Assembly (NCBI GenBank): GCA_964188305.1
Contig: OZ076892.1
From: Podarcis bocagei
Lineage: Eukaryota
Length of the DNA stretch: 64,000 nucleotides
Strand: one strand, 5' to 3'
Below are positions 13,327-25,835 of the stretch, piece by piece (the first letter of the stretch is position 1; the number at the start of each line of letters is the position of its first letter). The position numbers were made by a program, and so were the translations under genes. The notes beneath the pieces are model-generated. The model was not told the DNA's origin. It saw only the letters and a program-made list of their open reading frames with translations, and searched no databases.

Positions 13327-13694
13327 GATATTAAGATCAAGCAGACTCACTTTGCAGTCGAAGCGGCAGCTTATTCACAAGTGCCACATTTATTTATTTA
13401 CTGTTAGCAGAATCCAATATATCAGGGCTGGGGAACCTTCCAAGCCCAGGGGCCAGATTGTGACCTCCCTTGAGGCAACTTGTAGGTGGGTGGAGCTGCC
13501 TACCTGTCAATCACCTGATGTCATAATGAGATCAGGTGACCTTTTTCTGACTATTTTCCACAGCACTTTGAATGGGGCTTCTGAGGAAATCCCATTCAGA
13601 GCACTCTGAATATTTTTTACATGCACCACCCCTCCAAAAAAGTTGTGTTGACACATGCCATGTGATTCAATTTGTTTTGATTCAATCCATAAGC

Positions 13695-14203
13695 CAGTGG
13701 TTTTCAAGCAGTGTGCCATGGAGTGCCTTGAATGATGGTCAGGGGTGCCACAGGCGACACTGGTCTCTGTCCCTCTTTCCTTCCCTCCCCCCTCTGATGC
13801 TCTCTTGTGTCTTTGCCTCCCAAAGGCTTGCACAGCTGTCTGTTGCAGCAGTCCTGGCTACATGCTCCCTAGGTGAATGAATGGTGCCTCTGGGACTGGT
13901 CAGGGGGTGCTCCCCAGTCCCCTGTGGGGCAGTGTGAGGAGGCACCTCTTTTTGGGGTGGGATGAGGGGCAGCTCAGACCAGGAGCAGCAGCTGCGGCTG
14001 CCCAGAGAACTCCCAAGGAGAGGGGAGAAGAGAGGAGGCTGAGAAAACACTCTGCAAGGGAGGGTGTTCGAAAAAGGGGTGAGGGGCTGCCAGCTCTGCA
14101 GGCAAGGTGTGACATAATTGGGCTCCTCAGCCCCATAGGGGTGCCGCAGAAAGAATGTAGTTGGTCAAGGGAGCTGTGGACCCATAAAGCTTGAAAATAT
14201 TTG
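13695..14203. mobile_element. hAT non-autonomous element
   Basis: Perfect 8-bp TSD CCATAAGC (13687-13694, 14204-14211); TIRs CAGTGGTTTTCAA / TTGAAAATATTTG (decayed). Confidence 0.8.
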
Positions 14204-14211
14204 CCATAAGC

Positions 14212-14900
14212 GATTATATTTTCCAATGTGATTTATGCCACCATCTGCCAATATTGTCCTCATGCACTCTACTTAAGACAACAGGGCAGCCTCTATACAA
14301 AAGAATAAATGGACACAAATGGACATCAGAAATGACGATATCAAGAAAGAAGAAGAAGAAGAGTTTGGACTTGATATCCCGCCTTTCACTCCCCTTCAGG
14401 AGTCTCAAAGCGGCTAACATTCTCCTTTCCCTTCCTCCCCCACAACAAACACTCTGTGAGGTGAGTGGGGCTGAGAGACTTCAAAGAAGTGTGACTGGCC
14501 CAAGGTCACCCAGCAGCTGCATGTGGAGGAGCGGGGAATCGAACCCGGTTCACCAGATTACGAGTCTATCGCTCTTAACCACTACACCACACGTGGGGAA
14601 ACATTTCCACTTCCCGGAACCCGCTATAATTGACATTAAGATGGACATACTGGAACAAATGAATTTCAAAGGGAGACTGCAACCTGTAGATAATGTAATT
14701 ACCAGTATTAAAACTGTTAATAGCAGAATACACTCAGTACTATTCTGATTTCCTCTCAGTGTTTACAGTTCTCTTCCTCAACCATGTAGACCTACAACTC
14801 AGGATGTAATGAGCTCATGCATCTGTTGAACTGGACTGCTGTCCACGAAAGCTTAAGCCATTATAATAAATGTGTTGGTCTCTGAAGTGCCACAAGGCTC
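14212..14900 (+). mobile_element. Penelope-like retroelement 3' relic (GIY-YIG endonuclease) interrupted by a SINE
   Basis: Frameshifted translation SNVIYATICQYCPHALY..TGQPLYKRINGHK..IRN..IK[SINE]HVGKHFHFPE..IIDIKMDILEQMNFKGRLQ fits the PLE GIY-YIG domain; 3' end has a hammerhead-like motif and AATAAA. Confidence 0.8.
14345..14590 (-). mobile_element. Young tRNA-derived SINE with (CTT)n tail nested in the Penelope relic
   Basis: GGAATCGAACCC B-box complement, TAACCACTACACCAC A-box end, (AAG)n tail on + strand. Confidence 0.8.
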
Positions 14901-15539
14901 TGACTTGCTGCTTCTTGCCTTGACGCTCCAGGTGAACACATCCAACAGCAACAACTCCTCTCCTCTAACAAACGGGTGTGAGGAGGAGAACAGCCCACAA
15001 AGAAAGGTGAGGATAGAATGGGCAGCCCGCTGGCAAAGCACAATTGCTTCCTCTGTCCCCTTTGCCATATCTCAGGGGTGGGAAACACTTTTCATCCCAA
15101 GGGCCAGATCCCCTTGTAGGGAACTTTTCAGGGGCTAGATGTAAATGATGGGCAGGGTCAGAGGCAAAAGTGGGAAGAGCAAGACATTTGACTCTTAACC
15201 TTTGTGCAATAGGCTCCCTTGCAGTAGTGCAAAACCCAGATACATACAAACCCACATACGCAAACGTCTCTCCATCCAGGCAAGTGAGAGGCCTTCTCAC
15301 CATTCAAGAATATATTCTAGCCAAAGAGAAACAGTTGCTGTGGAGCAGGACCAGGGAGCAGAACGGGAATGGTTTAAGGGAGACCTACGGGAAGTGTGTC
15401 ATCTCTGCATGCGGGAACTGTGAAAAAAAAGCATATTTGACTCCAGTCCGCCTTGCACATATTGCTAGAGTTGGTTCCCCGCATGTATCGAAAGAATTTA
15501 CTGGCACTTGTGGTATTGCATAAGTGCTTAACTTTTGGA

Positions 15540-16400
15540 AAGAACCGAGAGCACCGTCGGAGCCCCTGAGGAAGAGGAGCAGCAGCAGCCCGGCTGGGGC
15601 AGAAGACGGAGCGAAGCGCCCCAGGGCTCTTTGGCGCACTGCCTGTGGTTGCTAAAAGCGGCTTTGTAACGATATCTTAAAAACTAAAGGGGCGGCCAGC
15701 GGAACTCCCTGCTACGAGGACACGGAGGAGAGTGAGCGGCTGCCTCAGCTTCAGGGAACCGCGAAATAGCTCCTCCCTCTTGGGCGGGGTTTTGCGGCTC
15801 CGCCCCGTAGCGTCAGACGAGGCTTTTCCCCGCGCGCAGGCTCATCTGGGCATTCGTGGTTCCGGGTGCGTCCGGCATGGCGAAAGCGGCCAAGTGCGCC
15901 AAGGTGGGTTTGGCGGCCGGACCGCGGCCTGAGGGGCGGCTAGTGGGCGGCGGCGGGGAGGCCTTAGCACCTCGCTCTCTCTTTCTCTCTGTGCTCCGCA
16001 GGTGGAGGAGGCGGCGGCGGCGGCGGCGGCGGCGAGTGACTCGAGCGCCCTCTCCGCCTTCCTGGGCTGGTGCGCCGACGCGGGCCTGGAGCTGAGCGCT
16101 AAGGTACGGCCCGCCAGGGGCTTCCGCGGGCCCGAAGGGATTGGGCCAGCCGCTCCCTGCCGGCGGGGAGAGACTGGCCGAGGGGGAAAGGCCCCTCCAT
16201 TCCCCCCCCGGGGGGAAACGAGAGGCTTCCTTGCCGAGGCCCCGTGGCCAGGTGTTAAGGGGAGGCCGCTCTTCATTCAAATTCCCTTTGAATTTCACCT
16301 GCCCTTTGCGGGTGACTCCTACTCCCAGGCGGCTCACACAACACAGGGGGAGGAAGTGCGGTTCCCAGCAGTAAAGGAGCGGAAGGCAGTGCAGAACCAC
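15540..16400. promoter_or_regulatory. CpG island / SETD6 promoter and first two exons
   Basis: Abrupt rise in CpG and GC content; GC boxes (GGGCGG ~15782, CCGCCC ~15800) upstream of ATG 15877. Confidence 0.85.
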
Positions 16401-19400
16401 CCGGAAAATTCAAGCCGAAATGAAACTTGTAGCAGTAAATATGCACCCGTCCTGATAATAAAATGCTTTAAAACAAAAACATTCATCCAAAGGAACCGGG
16501 CAGCAGCAAACAGGAACCGGCATGAATAAGATAATGAAAACCTGGAGTTTTAAGACTTGTAGTAACTTTAATCTTGTTACTTCACATGCATCAATCAGCA
16601 CCATTTTACTCTGCATTAATCTAGTCTGGCTCCTTTTCCTGCTTCCATTCTAACAGCTGCTAATGGTCGGTTAATATTGCCACTCTGGGGGAGCTAAAAT
16701 AGTTAGAAAATGGCTGTATCACTCTTTAGTTACCTGACTTGTGTTACTGGGAAATTGGAAGGGGGGGTGAGAGACACCCCCCAAACGAGAAAATAACAGC
16801 AACATATCTGCAAAGGCATTGCATCTGCAAGGGAAGCTCAGCTCAGGAGCCTGTGACTCCCCACTGAACCCCAGGTCTGCAGCAAAGGAAAATAGCAATT
16901 CACTGATAAATGTATCTATGTACTGGCTGAGTGGGGAAACTTCAGAAATTCATAAGAAGCCACTTGTATTAATCTTCAGTTCCAATGGCATTTAGGACCC
17001 ATGGAAGTGAGGTATAAGGGGTGGAGTGAGAGAGCCCACTGTAATCCCCAAGATGTACAGTCCTGCCCATCTGCAGGGCCTTCCTAAGGAGTCATGACTG
17101 GTGATAGCCCAGACAAGAAAAAGGGTTGCATTTGACTTGACTTAGCGACCAGGGAACTGTAAATTCTTTCCTTTGTACTGTGATGAAGTGTGAAAGACTA
17201 TATTTGAGTGACAGGGGCATGCCTGGATCTCAAGTTCTACCTGAGACCATGCCTTTTCTGTGACATATCTATGTCTTGATGAAGCATCTTGAGATGTATT
17301 ATGGGAAACTTTGGGAAACTTTGAAATACAGGTGTAACCCATTGATTAGGCTTCTGGCTCCTTCATCTTTGTGGTAGTAGGAAGTCTTGTTGCAACAATA
17401 AAGATCAGGCTCCAAGTACTCCCGATTACACTTGTGAGTACAAAAGGGTAATTAAACTATTAAGGGTTGGCTTTTGTGACGCTAACCAGGGACCTGTAAC
17501 TAAGGGTTGTAGTAAAAAAAACAGCTTTTGGAGTTGGAGAAAAAACTTTCTTTTCTTGTGTTGTAGGTCAGCGTGAGCAGAGAGGGCACAGTAGCTGATT
17601 ATGGCTTGGTGGCCAGGGAAGACATTGAGGCAGGAGAAGTCCTTTTCACCATCCCAAGAACGGCAGTCCTTTCGCAGTACACAAGCCCCCTTTCTTCCCT
17701 ACTAGAGAAAGGTACAGGAATGGTTTTGGGGGGATTCTGTAGCTTCATTAAAAGCTTCATGTTCATTGGGCAGCCTGTCCAACCAGGTGCCCTCCAGCTG
17801 TTTTGAATTACAACTCTCAGCCCCAACCAGCATCAGTGTGCTTTCTATCATATAGAATAGCCTTTGCTAAGTAGGTACCCTCTATTAATATATCCATATT
17901 CTCTGCATGTGTCTGGTTGTGCTAAAGGAGGTAGAGGCCCCCAGATTGCTGACCTATGGTGTACAGTATTGACAGCCAGCCATGGTAATGATAGGAATTA
18001 TAGTCCAACAGCTGGAGGGCACCAGGTTGATGGAAGGCTGTGCTATTGTCCTATAAAGAAGAATGTGCATGTTGATACTTGTAAATGGCGTGGAGGAAAC
18101 AGCAAACTCCTCAGTAAGCTTCCAGATTCTTCAGAATGCCCCAAACTGTGTCATCCTTGAGTGAGATTGGAGAGTTGTGTTCTCAACTATGGACGTAGGT
18201 TTCTGGCTGATTTGGCTTGCTCTCTTAACAGATAATAGTTTTGGCGTTCTTACACTCTATTTTATTTACCTTTAATAGAGCAAGCCTCTCTGGAGAGTCA
18301 GTCCGGCTGGGTTCCGCTCCTGCTTTCTTTGCTTCATGAATCCACAGCCAGTGATTCTCGTTGGGGGCCTTATTTGTCACTGTGGCCTAACTTCAGGGGT
18401 CTGGATCACCCCATGTTCTGGTAAGAGGGGAGGCTGTTTGGCTGTGTTCTGCCAGCACCCAGCTTCCTCAGGTAAATCAGTTGCAGCACATCTTCACCAA
18501 ACAAATTTGGAGCCCAGAGCAGAGTCAACCACCTCAAGGATGCTTGTGAAGCATGTAGCTCAGAAAATGAGGCTGGGCTGGGCATGGTCAGGTGCTTGTG
18601 CTGGAGCGTATCTTCATGACTCCAGTCCTAGGCCTTTCATTCCCCCTTGTTATGCCAGAAAATGCAGGCAGGCACTGTAGTTTCTTCCATAGGAAGAAAT
18701 TAAAGACTTTTGACACTGGTGTTACCAGCTTGGTGGTGCTTAAGGGTAGTGCTTGAGATGTTTGATTGAGAGGCTAGTTTATTTCTGGATGATAATGGTG
18801 ACATGTTTGAACCTCGGGCAGGTTTGTGTCTACCCACCTCCACCTCTTTGTTCACAGTTTCTTAAGAATAGGTTTAAAAACACTTGAGAGTGGGTCATCT
18901 AAACAACAGTCACGTGAGAATCAAATATTAAGCTGGTGTTAATAAGTGCTTCTTTTTATGATGGGGTGGGGGGGAGTGATGTAGAGAGTAGTATAATGAA
19001 AGGGTGTTTTGGTGAGGGAGGTGCGTAGAGTGCAGAAACCACACTCTAGTCTCGGATTAGGAAAACTAGGATGGATTGAGAATACATAGTGGATCTTTCA
19101 GATACCAAGGTGATAGCTAGATCTCAGATGAGGGAGTAGCCAGCTTGTCAATACTGTTCAGCACAAGTGAGCAATCTGGGGGACTCTACTTTCTTCAGCA
19201 CAGCTAATCCACCCAGTCTGGAGAGGAAGAGAAGATGGGGCTATGGATGAAGGAGATAGAGGGTGCTTGGTGTGGGGCTTTGTGTGTGCATGCATGCATG
19301 AGAGAATGGATGGAGTGAAGAGGAAGAAAGAAAGTGGATGTTCCATCCACTTTCTGCTTGGGTGCCACTTCTGCAACTGGTTTGTAGTGGCTTGCTGCTT

Positions 19401-22400
19401 TCTGGCCAAGAGAGTGTAGCCTGCTGTACAGGAACCATTTTGATTGTTCACTTACTTGGCTTCTTGCTTAAAGAAAGAAACTGCACCTTCTGCTTGCTGT
19501 TTTGTACAGGAGTAAAGAAGAGCAGATGAGACTTCTGCAAGGAACAGGGATTCCAGAAGCTGTGGACAAGGACTTGGCCAATATCCAGACAGAGTATTCC
19601 ACCACCATCCTGCCTTTCCTGAAGGCCCACCCAGATATATTTGACCCTGAGGTGCACACTCTGGAGCTCTACAAGAAGCTGGTGGCCTTCGTCATGGCAT
19701 ACAGGTGAGAGAGAGAAAAGGTGGAAGCCATGAGTGGTCCCTCTCTAAACTGCCAAGGGGCGAGCAGGGTGTATACTGTTGCTTTCCACCGGGACACTCT
19801 GGTTTGGAGTTTAAAGAGATGGCACCTGAGAGGCATTCAGGTTGAGAAACTAAATATATGTAGGAAGTGAGTTGATAGAGGAGTCCCAGATGGGGTTCAG
19901 TTTTTGGTGAACTGAGAAGGCAGAAAAGCAAAAGTTGCCTATCAACAAAGAAGAGAAGTGTCACTGCTGTGCCTCTCTTCCTTTCCACATCTCTGGCCTT
20001 GGACAGTTGGAACTTTCCTTGCATAAACCACAGCAGGGATGGGGAACCACAGGCCCAGAGGCCAAATGTGCCTACCTGGCCCTTTGCTGGCCCTTGGCAC
20101 TCTTCCCCAGGCTGGAATGTGTCTTTGAACTCTGATAATGCTTCTTGTTTGCTTGGATGAAGGGCGGGGTTTGAGGGAGTATGTGTAGAAACAAGCCTCC
20201 GGTGGGAAGTTAAGCTTTCTATCCTTCGCTCTGCCGCCTTTTGCCTCTGGCCCCTCCTAGGTTGCACCTGTAGAGAATGCGGCCCTCAGACTGGAAATGG
20301 TTCTGCATCCCTGCTCTACAGACTGTCTTTATAGTTGAGCATGTAAACTGGTATGTTGAGGCAGGAATATACAAATGAACAAATAACGTATGTTAGAGGA
20401 GCAGACTTAGGTTTTACTGAAGAAAGATGCTCCACTTTTTAACTGTAATGTCCTGCAGCTCCCAGAGCTTGAATTTAAAGAGGCTCATCTAGGGTGCCCC
20501 AGCATCCTAGAACAACCTTTCTCGACCTCAGGTCCCCAGATGTTGTTGGACCATAACTCCTATCATCCCTGAGTGCTGGTCCTTCTCACTAGGTATGTTG
20601 GGTTTTTTTAGTCCAACCACATTTGGGGACCCAAGGTTGAAAAGGGCTGTTCTATGCTGCTTGGGCACCCTAGATGAGGCTCTTTAAAGGAAAGCTCAGA
20701 TTGAGTTCAGGGGCAGGTCTTGGATTGTGTGTTGCAGTTTCTAAACTAGTAGCCATTTTCAGAGCCACGTGCATCTCTTTCCGTCTCACCAACCTCAACA
20801 TAATTTGGCTGTACTTAAAGCTGCCTCGGTTTAGTATCTCCCTGCTTTGTTCCCCACCAGTTTCCAGGAGCCTTTGGATGAAGAAGAGGAAGATGATGAG
20901 GAGGAGCCCAATCCCCCAGTGATGGTGCCCATGGCAGATCTCTTGAATCACGTGGCTGACCACAATGCCAACTTGGAATATTCGCCGGTGAGCAGAGCAT
21001 ACAGAGCTTAAATTTAGTTGAGCCCCTGCGTGTGTGCGTGTGTGTATGCCAACCTCCCCCAGTCTTTCACATCTATTCCCTGAGGTGTGAATTTTCAAAG
21101 GGCCAAGTGTTTTTTTCCTGGAGATGTCTGAGCCACAGTCCCCATTATGTGTGTTATGACTTGTTCAGATCAGAGGACTCTTTGTCCTCGATACAGCTCT
21201 GCAGTGGCCAAAGGAACAATTCCTTCTTGCAGCAGTTTCTGATTCCATAAGGAAAAGCAGGATATGCCATCTGTAGCTGCTTGACCTGCTGGGATTTTTG
21301 CCTGGAGAAAGAGAGTCTTGTGTCAACTCTGCCCATCTTCCTTTTGCCTTGAGGAATGTGCAGAGTTTACTCCCAGTACTGGAAGGCTCAGATGGTTCAT
21401 TTATTGTTCAGGGGAGACTCACTGTGATGCAGACTGAGAATTCCTGCCATAAGAAAATGACAAAGGTGTCATTCCATTCTGCAGTAGGAATTATTTGTTA
21501 TGATTGTCTTTGGAAGACTGGTGAAGAAGGTTTAGATCTATGTGTGCCCTCTCTGTGTCCTTCGGCATAATGGGGATGCTTAGCTCATAGCTTCAGCTGA
21601 TTGTAGCTTAGCTGCTTCTCCTGTTTGGTTAATCAGTGAAATATGTCATTGTGGAGAGCCAAGGATGAAAGGAAAGGAGAAAGAATAGTTGTGTAGAGTA
21701 GAAGACAGAATCTCTATCCCCTTTGGAACTTTGTTCTCTTCTCCTCCCTCTGGGGAGAAGAACCTAGAGCATGGCTTACATTGTACCTTGTGGAATTTAA
21801 ATTGAAGCTGTTTGGGGAGCTGAAATGCCGGAAATTAAACCAAGTACATTTTATCTAGCTCCCAAGTACCAGTAGGAACCCTCACTTGGGCGGCAGCAAC
21901 ATGACTGACACAAGGTCATGCAATTGCTTTTCATAGGCTTGAGAAAATCCCTTCCTAGATTGCTAAGTGAGAGGGACTGCTTGAGTAAGAAGCTGTTGTT
22001 TCTTGTTCCCCTCATCACAGTCCCTGAAATCAAACCTGCAAAAAATCTTAATGAAAAAATTTACAGGTCTGTTGTTGGGTAAAAAGGCACACCCTTGATT
22101 CAGATCTCAGGCGCACCCTTGATTTTTGGTGCTTGGATTCTGTTTTCATCACTTTGGAAGCAGCTGTATTTGGGCATGCATGGGTCTCACCTATCAGGCC
22201 CATCACCTGCAGTGGTTCCTTAGGGTATTGCTTCTCCTTTGGGGAGCATATAGGGGGTAGGTAAAGGCCTGGTTCAGCCAAAAGGGACTTTGCAGGCACT
22301 ACTGATCAGCTGGTTGACAGGGCCTACAAAGCCTATTTCAAAGTGCTGCATGAAATAGAGCTTTGAGAAGGACTTCTGAAGACCCCTGTGATGCCATGGG

Positions 22401-25400
22401 GTTGCCAGGCCCAAAAGGGGTTGGAGAGAGAACAGTTTGGCCCATTGAGCTAAAAAGCTCCCCCATCCCTCATGCAGCCTTTCCACAGAGTGTCCTTTCT
22501 CGGCAGCAGATGGGTGGGAGGCTCTGCTTTCTTACATCCCTCTCCAGAATTTTCTCTTGTCTTCGAAGAGCATTCACAGCAAATTTGGTGTATTTCAGGG
22601 GAATGCTTGGGAGTGTAAGGCAATGCTTCCTAAGAATGAAAAACAGGGAAGACGTCTGCTACTCTACCTTCTGTCTTCCTCCTCCAACTGCATCCCTTTT
22701 GCTATTCCTCATCTGTTGCACACATTGCAGGAATGGAGAAAACTGCAGATGAGTGGGGCAGAGGAAAACTTTTTCTTGGGAGATTCTCAGGGCTGGACAG
22801 GATCTGTCAAGTTTTACTTCCCTCTTTTGTCTGCAGGAGGTATTGAAAATGGTTGCAACTCAGTCCATCTGCAAAGGCCAAGAGATCTTCAACACTTACG
22901 GGGAGATGGCAAACTGGCAGCTCCTCCACATGTATGGCTTTGCTGAACCGTATCCTGGCAACACAAACGATGCTGCTGACATCCAGATGCTGACACTATG
23001 CAAAGCAGCACTGCAAGGCAAGAGGCTGGCCAGGAGACACTTTTTTAAAAAAGAAACATAAATCAGCAGAGTAAGAGGATATCTGAAAATCCATCTGTCT
23101 CACCTTGTGTTGCTTTTTCCAGCTGTGTTTTTAATTAGGCGGAGGCTGCATTTAAATACAGGTGTTTGTATGTGACTTCTGCAGCTGCTGGTGGCATCCA
23201 GAGCAGAACAGCTTGATTACTTTGCTTCCCAATTTTGCATAACTCCTCCTGGGTCATAATGCCAATTTAAAACAAAATAATCTGAAGGCATGGAACTTTC
23301 CTCCATGATGTTCTGGATGGTATTCAAGGTTTTTAGTCTCCTCCTCTCCCCTCCCCCCCCACAACTCTGTGGGACAAGTTAGGCTGAGTATGCAATCCAA
23401 AGTCTTGTTGGGACTGAGTGAGGACTTGAAGCTGGGCCTCTCTGGTCCCTGCCAGGCACTGTTAGCTGCGGCACTACACTGGATTAGACGAAATGATGCG
23501 CTTCTGCTTTTGACTGCAGCCAATGCTCCCTCTGCTGCCTGTTGAACCTGCACCTGCTTTTGTCTCCCTCTCCCTCCACCAGCTACAAAGACAGAAGCTC
23601 AACGGCAGCTGGTCTTGGAGCAGTGGGACTTCCTCTGCCAGATGGAGATGGTGGGTGAGGAAGGGGCTTTTGTGATCGGCTGGGAGAGAGTCTTAACTGA
23701 AGAAGAGCTGGCCATGGCATTGAAGGTGAGGGCTCTGACTGGTTGCTGCGCCATTAGACTCCTGGGAGGCCATTTTACTCCCATACATGCTTGCTGTGAT
23801 TACTTAAGCAGTTGACAAGAGTTTTACTTTACAGGGGTGACATGTTGGACTTAATCTGAAGATTCTTTCAGTTTAGATGGAGGGAGGATAACTCCTCTCT
23901 GTTGGTCAGTGGAGGTGTGACTTGTGAAGGCTTCTTCCCGTGGCAGGCAGGGAGGCTTGAGGTTGCTTGGGGGCTTGCTTATGCCACTTTGGCACCTGGG
24001 CATTGCAGCCCCAGAATAGGAGAAGAGTGCTTCAGCCTTATCTGGTTGGATAAGGAGCAAATTCCTCGGTCAGTCTGTAGATTGCGGGGGGGGGGGCAGC
24101 TGTGCTTTGTTTTTTGCTGGGGGCAGCACAATGCACTGGTCATTTTGAAGTCTTTCCAGGGCTTGTCTCCACTGGAGGCATTGCCCATTACAGATGTCGC
24201 TCTGGGGGGCTGTCTGTGTGCTTTGATGTTTTTGTGCAAGCCCTCCCTATCCCTGGGTTCTGAGACGCCTCCTAAGGAAGGGCACAGCTAGCAATGGAGA
24301 AGCTATTAGTTGGGCAAGTGTGCTTCTCTTTCCTCCAGGGACTGGCTCACTTGCTGGACCAGGGTGAAGATGTGCACATGTACTCTTGGCCTGCTACTGC
24401 TGCCTATTTTAATGGACAGGATTTAGAAAATGTAGGAAGCAGCCTTCATTCCACCTCTCACAAGTTCTGCTACATGGCGTGCCAATTCTTCCACTGAGAC
24501 ACTTTAAGTTGTTGCTTTCTGCTGAAGTCCCAGGCAGCTTCCACCATGTTCTCTCTTTATGCAACCACCCCTTCCCCATGTAATCAGCGGTATATTCTGT
24601 AGTGGAATGAATGGGGAAGGTCTGAACTTTTTATGCTGTGTGGCAATGACGTATCTTCTGTGGTGCTGTCATTGTTCCCAGGAAAGGGAGAAATGTGGCT
24701 AGAGAGATTCTGCTTCCATCCCTTGGGACTTCTTTTTCTGTGGCTTTTGGGGGCCAACAGCCTCACTGACCTTGAGCTCTAAATAGTCTGCCAAATTTCC
24801 TGCAGGTGCTTGTCAAAGGACAGTTTTAGTACTAATATATACAGTGGTGCCTTGGTTCTCAAACTCAATCCATTTCAGGAGTCAGTTCCACTCCCGAAAC
24901 CGTTCTAAAACAAAGACACGGCTTCCGATTGGCTGCAGGAGCTTCCTGCACTCAAGCAGAAGCAGAGTCGGATGTTTGGCTTCCGAAAAATGTTTGCAAA
25001 CCGGAACACTTACTTCCGGGTTTGCGGCGTTCGGGAGCCAAGCCGTTGCAAGTACCAAGGTAGTTTCTTTTGCTTTGAACATAATCACTAACCAAGTTAC
25101 ATACATGGATTAAATTCTGTGTTCCTTTATACACATTTATATTTCTTGCTGCCTGTTCCAGTTGTCTCAATGGAAACTTAATTTCAAAACATTTTGAATG
25201 ACTTGTGTCTGCTGTTCCTCCAAATTCTGCCTATGGAAACTAGCAAGTGTCCCGTCCGTCCCCCCCAATTATGTAAACGTCGTATTTTAATGTTTTGCAA
25301 GATGCTCTCACAAATTTACTTCATTGTATTATGAATCTCTTCCAGAATGTAACTTAACTTGGGAGAGGGGAAGGTCCATAGATTTAAATCCTGAGAAGCA

Positions 25401-25835
25401 ACAGCAGGATCCCTTTTGGAGAATGTTTACCAACATCTGTGGGGCTGTTGATGCCTTGAAGTTACTTAAGAGACCAAGAAGGTAGCTCTCAATAATTCCA
25501 GTTCTTTGTGGCCGTAGGTGCTGACTATGTCTGCAGATGAGTTCAAGGAGTTTAAGGAGCAAGAGACTCAGGAACCCAAAGCAGGCGAGGATGGTGCTAT
25601 GTTCCTGATGCTCTCAAATACTACTATACCAAGGCTTGAAACCTCCTGGAAGAAGCTGCTCTTTGATGCTACACTGCTAACCCTGAAGTCATACAGCTCA
25701 GACTTAAAAGCAGAGGAAGAAATGCTGAGAGACCCTCAAGCTTATGCAAAACTAAGCTCCCGGGAGAAGTTTGCCCTGCAAGTGCGTTATGGCCAGAAGA
25801 TGATTTTGCACCAGTTGCTGGAGCTAACAAGCTAG
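15877..25835 (+). CDS. SETD6: N-lysine methyltransferase SETD6 (SET domain + Rubisco-LSMT substrate-binding domain), complete, 9 exons, 459 aa
   Basis: Exons 15877-15903 (MAKAAKCAK), 16002-16103 ([34 protein letters not shown]), 17567-17711, 18279-18420 ([14 protein letters not shown]...HPMFW), 19510-19704 ([15 protein letters not shown]...VMAYS), 20861-20987 ([22 protein letters not shown]), 22837-23017 ([20 protein letters not shown]; GC donor), 23583-23725, 25518-25835 ([20 protein letters not shown]). Sum 1380 nt, frame intact; SET motifs NH and YG present. Confidence 0.97.
16011..16034 (+). repeat. (GCG)8 coding repeat (poly-Ala in SETD6 exon 2)
   Basis: Pure GCG x8 in frame. Confidence 0.9.
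20513..20650. mobile_element. Palindromic hAT-type MITE in a SETD6 intron
   Basis: Arms GGTCCCCAGATGTTGTTGGAC / GTCCAACCACATTTGGGGACC; family motif GGACTACAACTCCC recurs in decayed form at ~4630, 17810, 32510, 36620. Confidence 0.65.
24842..25060. mobile_element. Tigger-like MITE, right end decayed
   Basis: TA-CAGTGGTGCCTTGGTT left terminus; CpG-rich interior; partial complement AAGTACCAAGG near 25050. Confidence 0.65.

Noticed and set aside
14191-14748. 185-aa ORF
   Set aside because: Chimera of Penelope GIY-YIG remnants and an inserted SINE, not a gene.
15813-16529. Several long overlapping ORFs (up to 195 aa) on both strands
   Set aside because: By-product of the stop-poor CpG island; only the SETD6 exons are supported by splice sites and homology.
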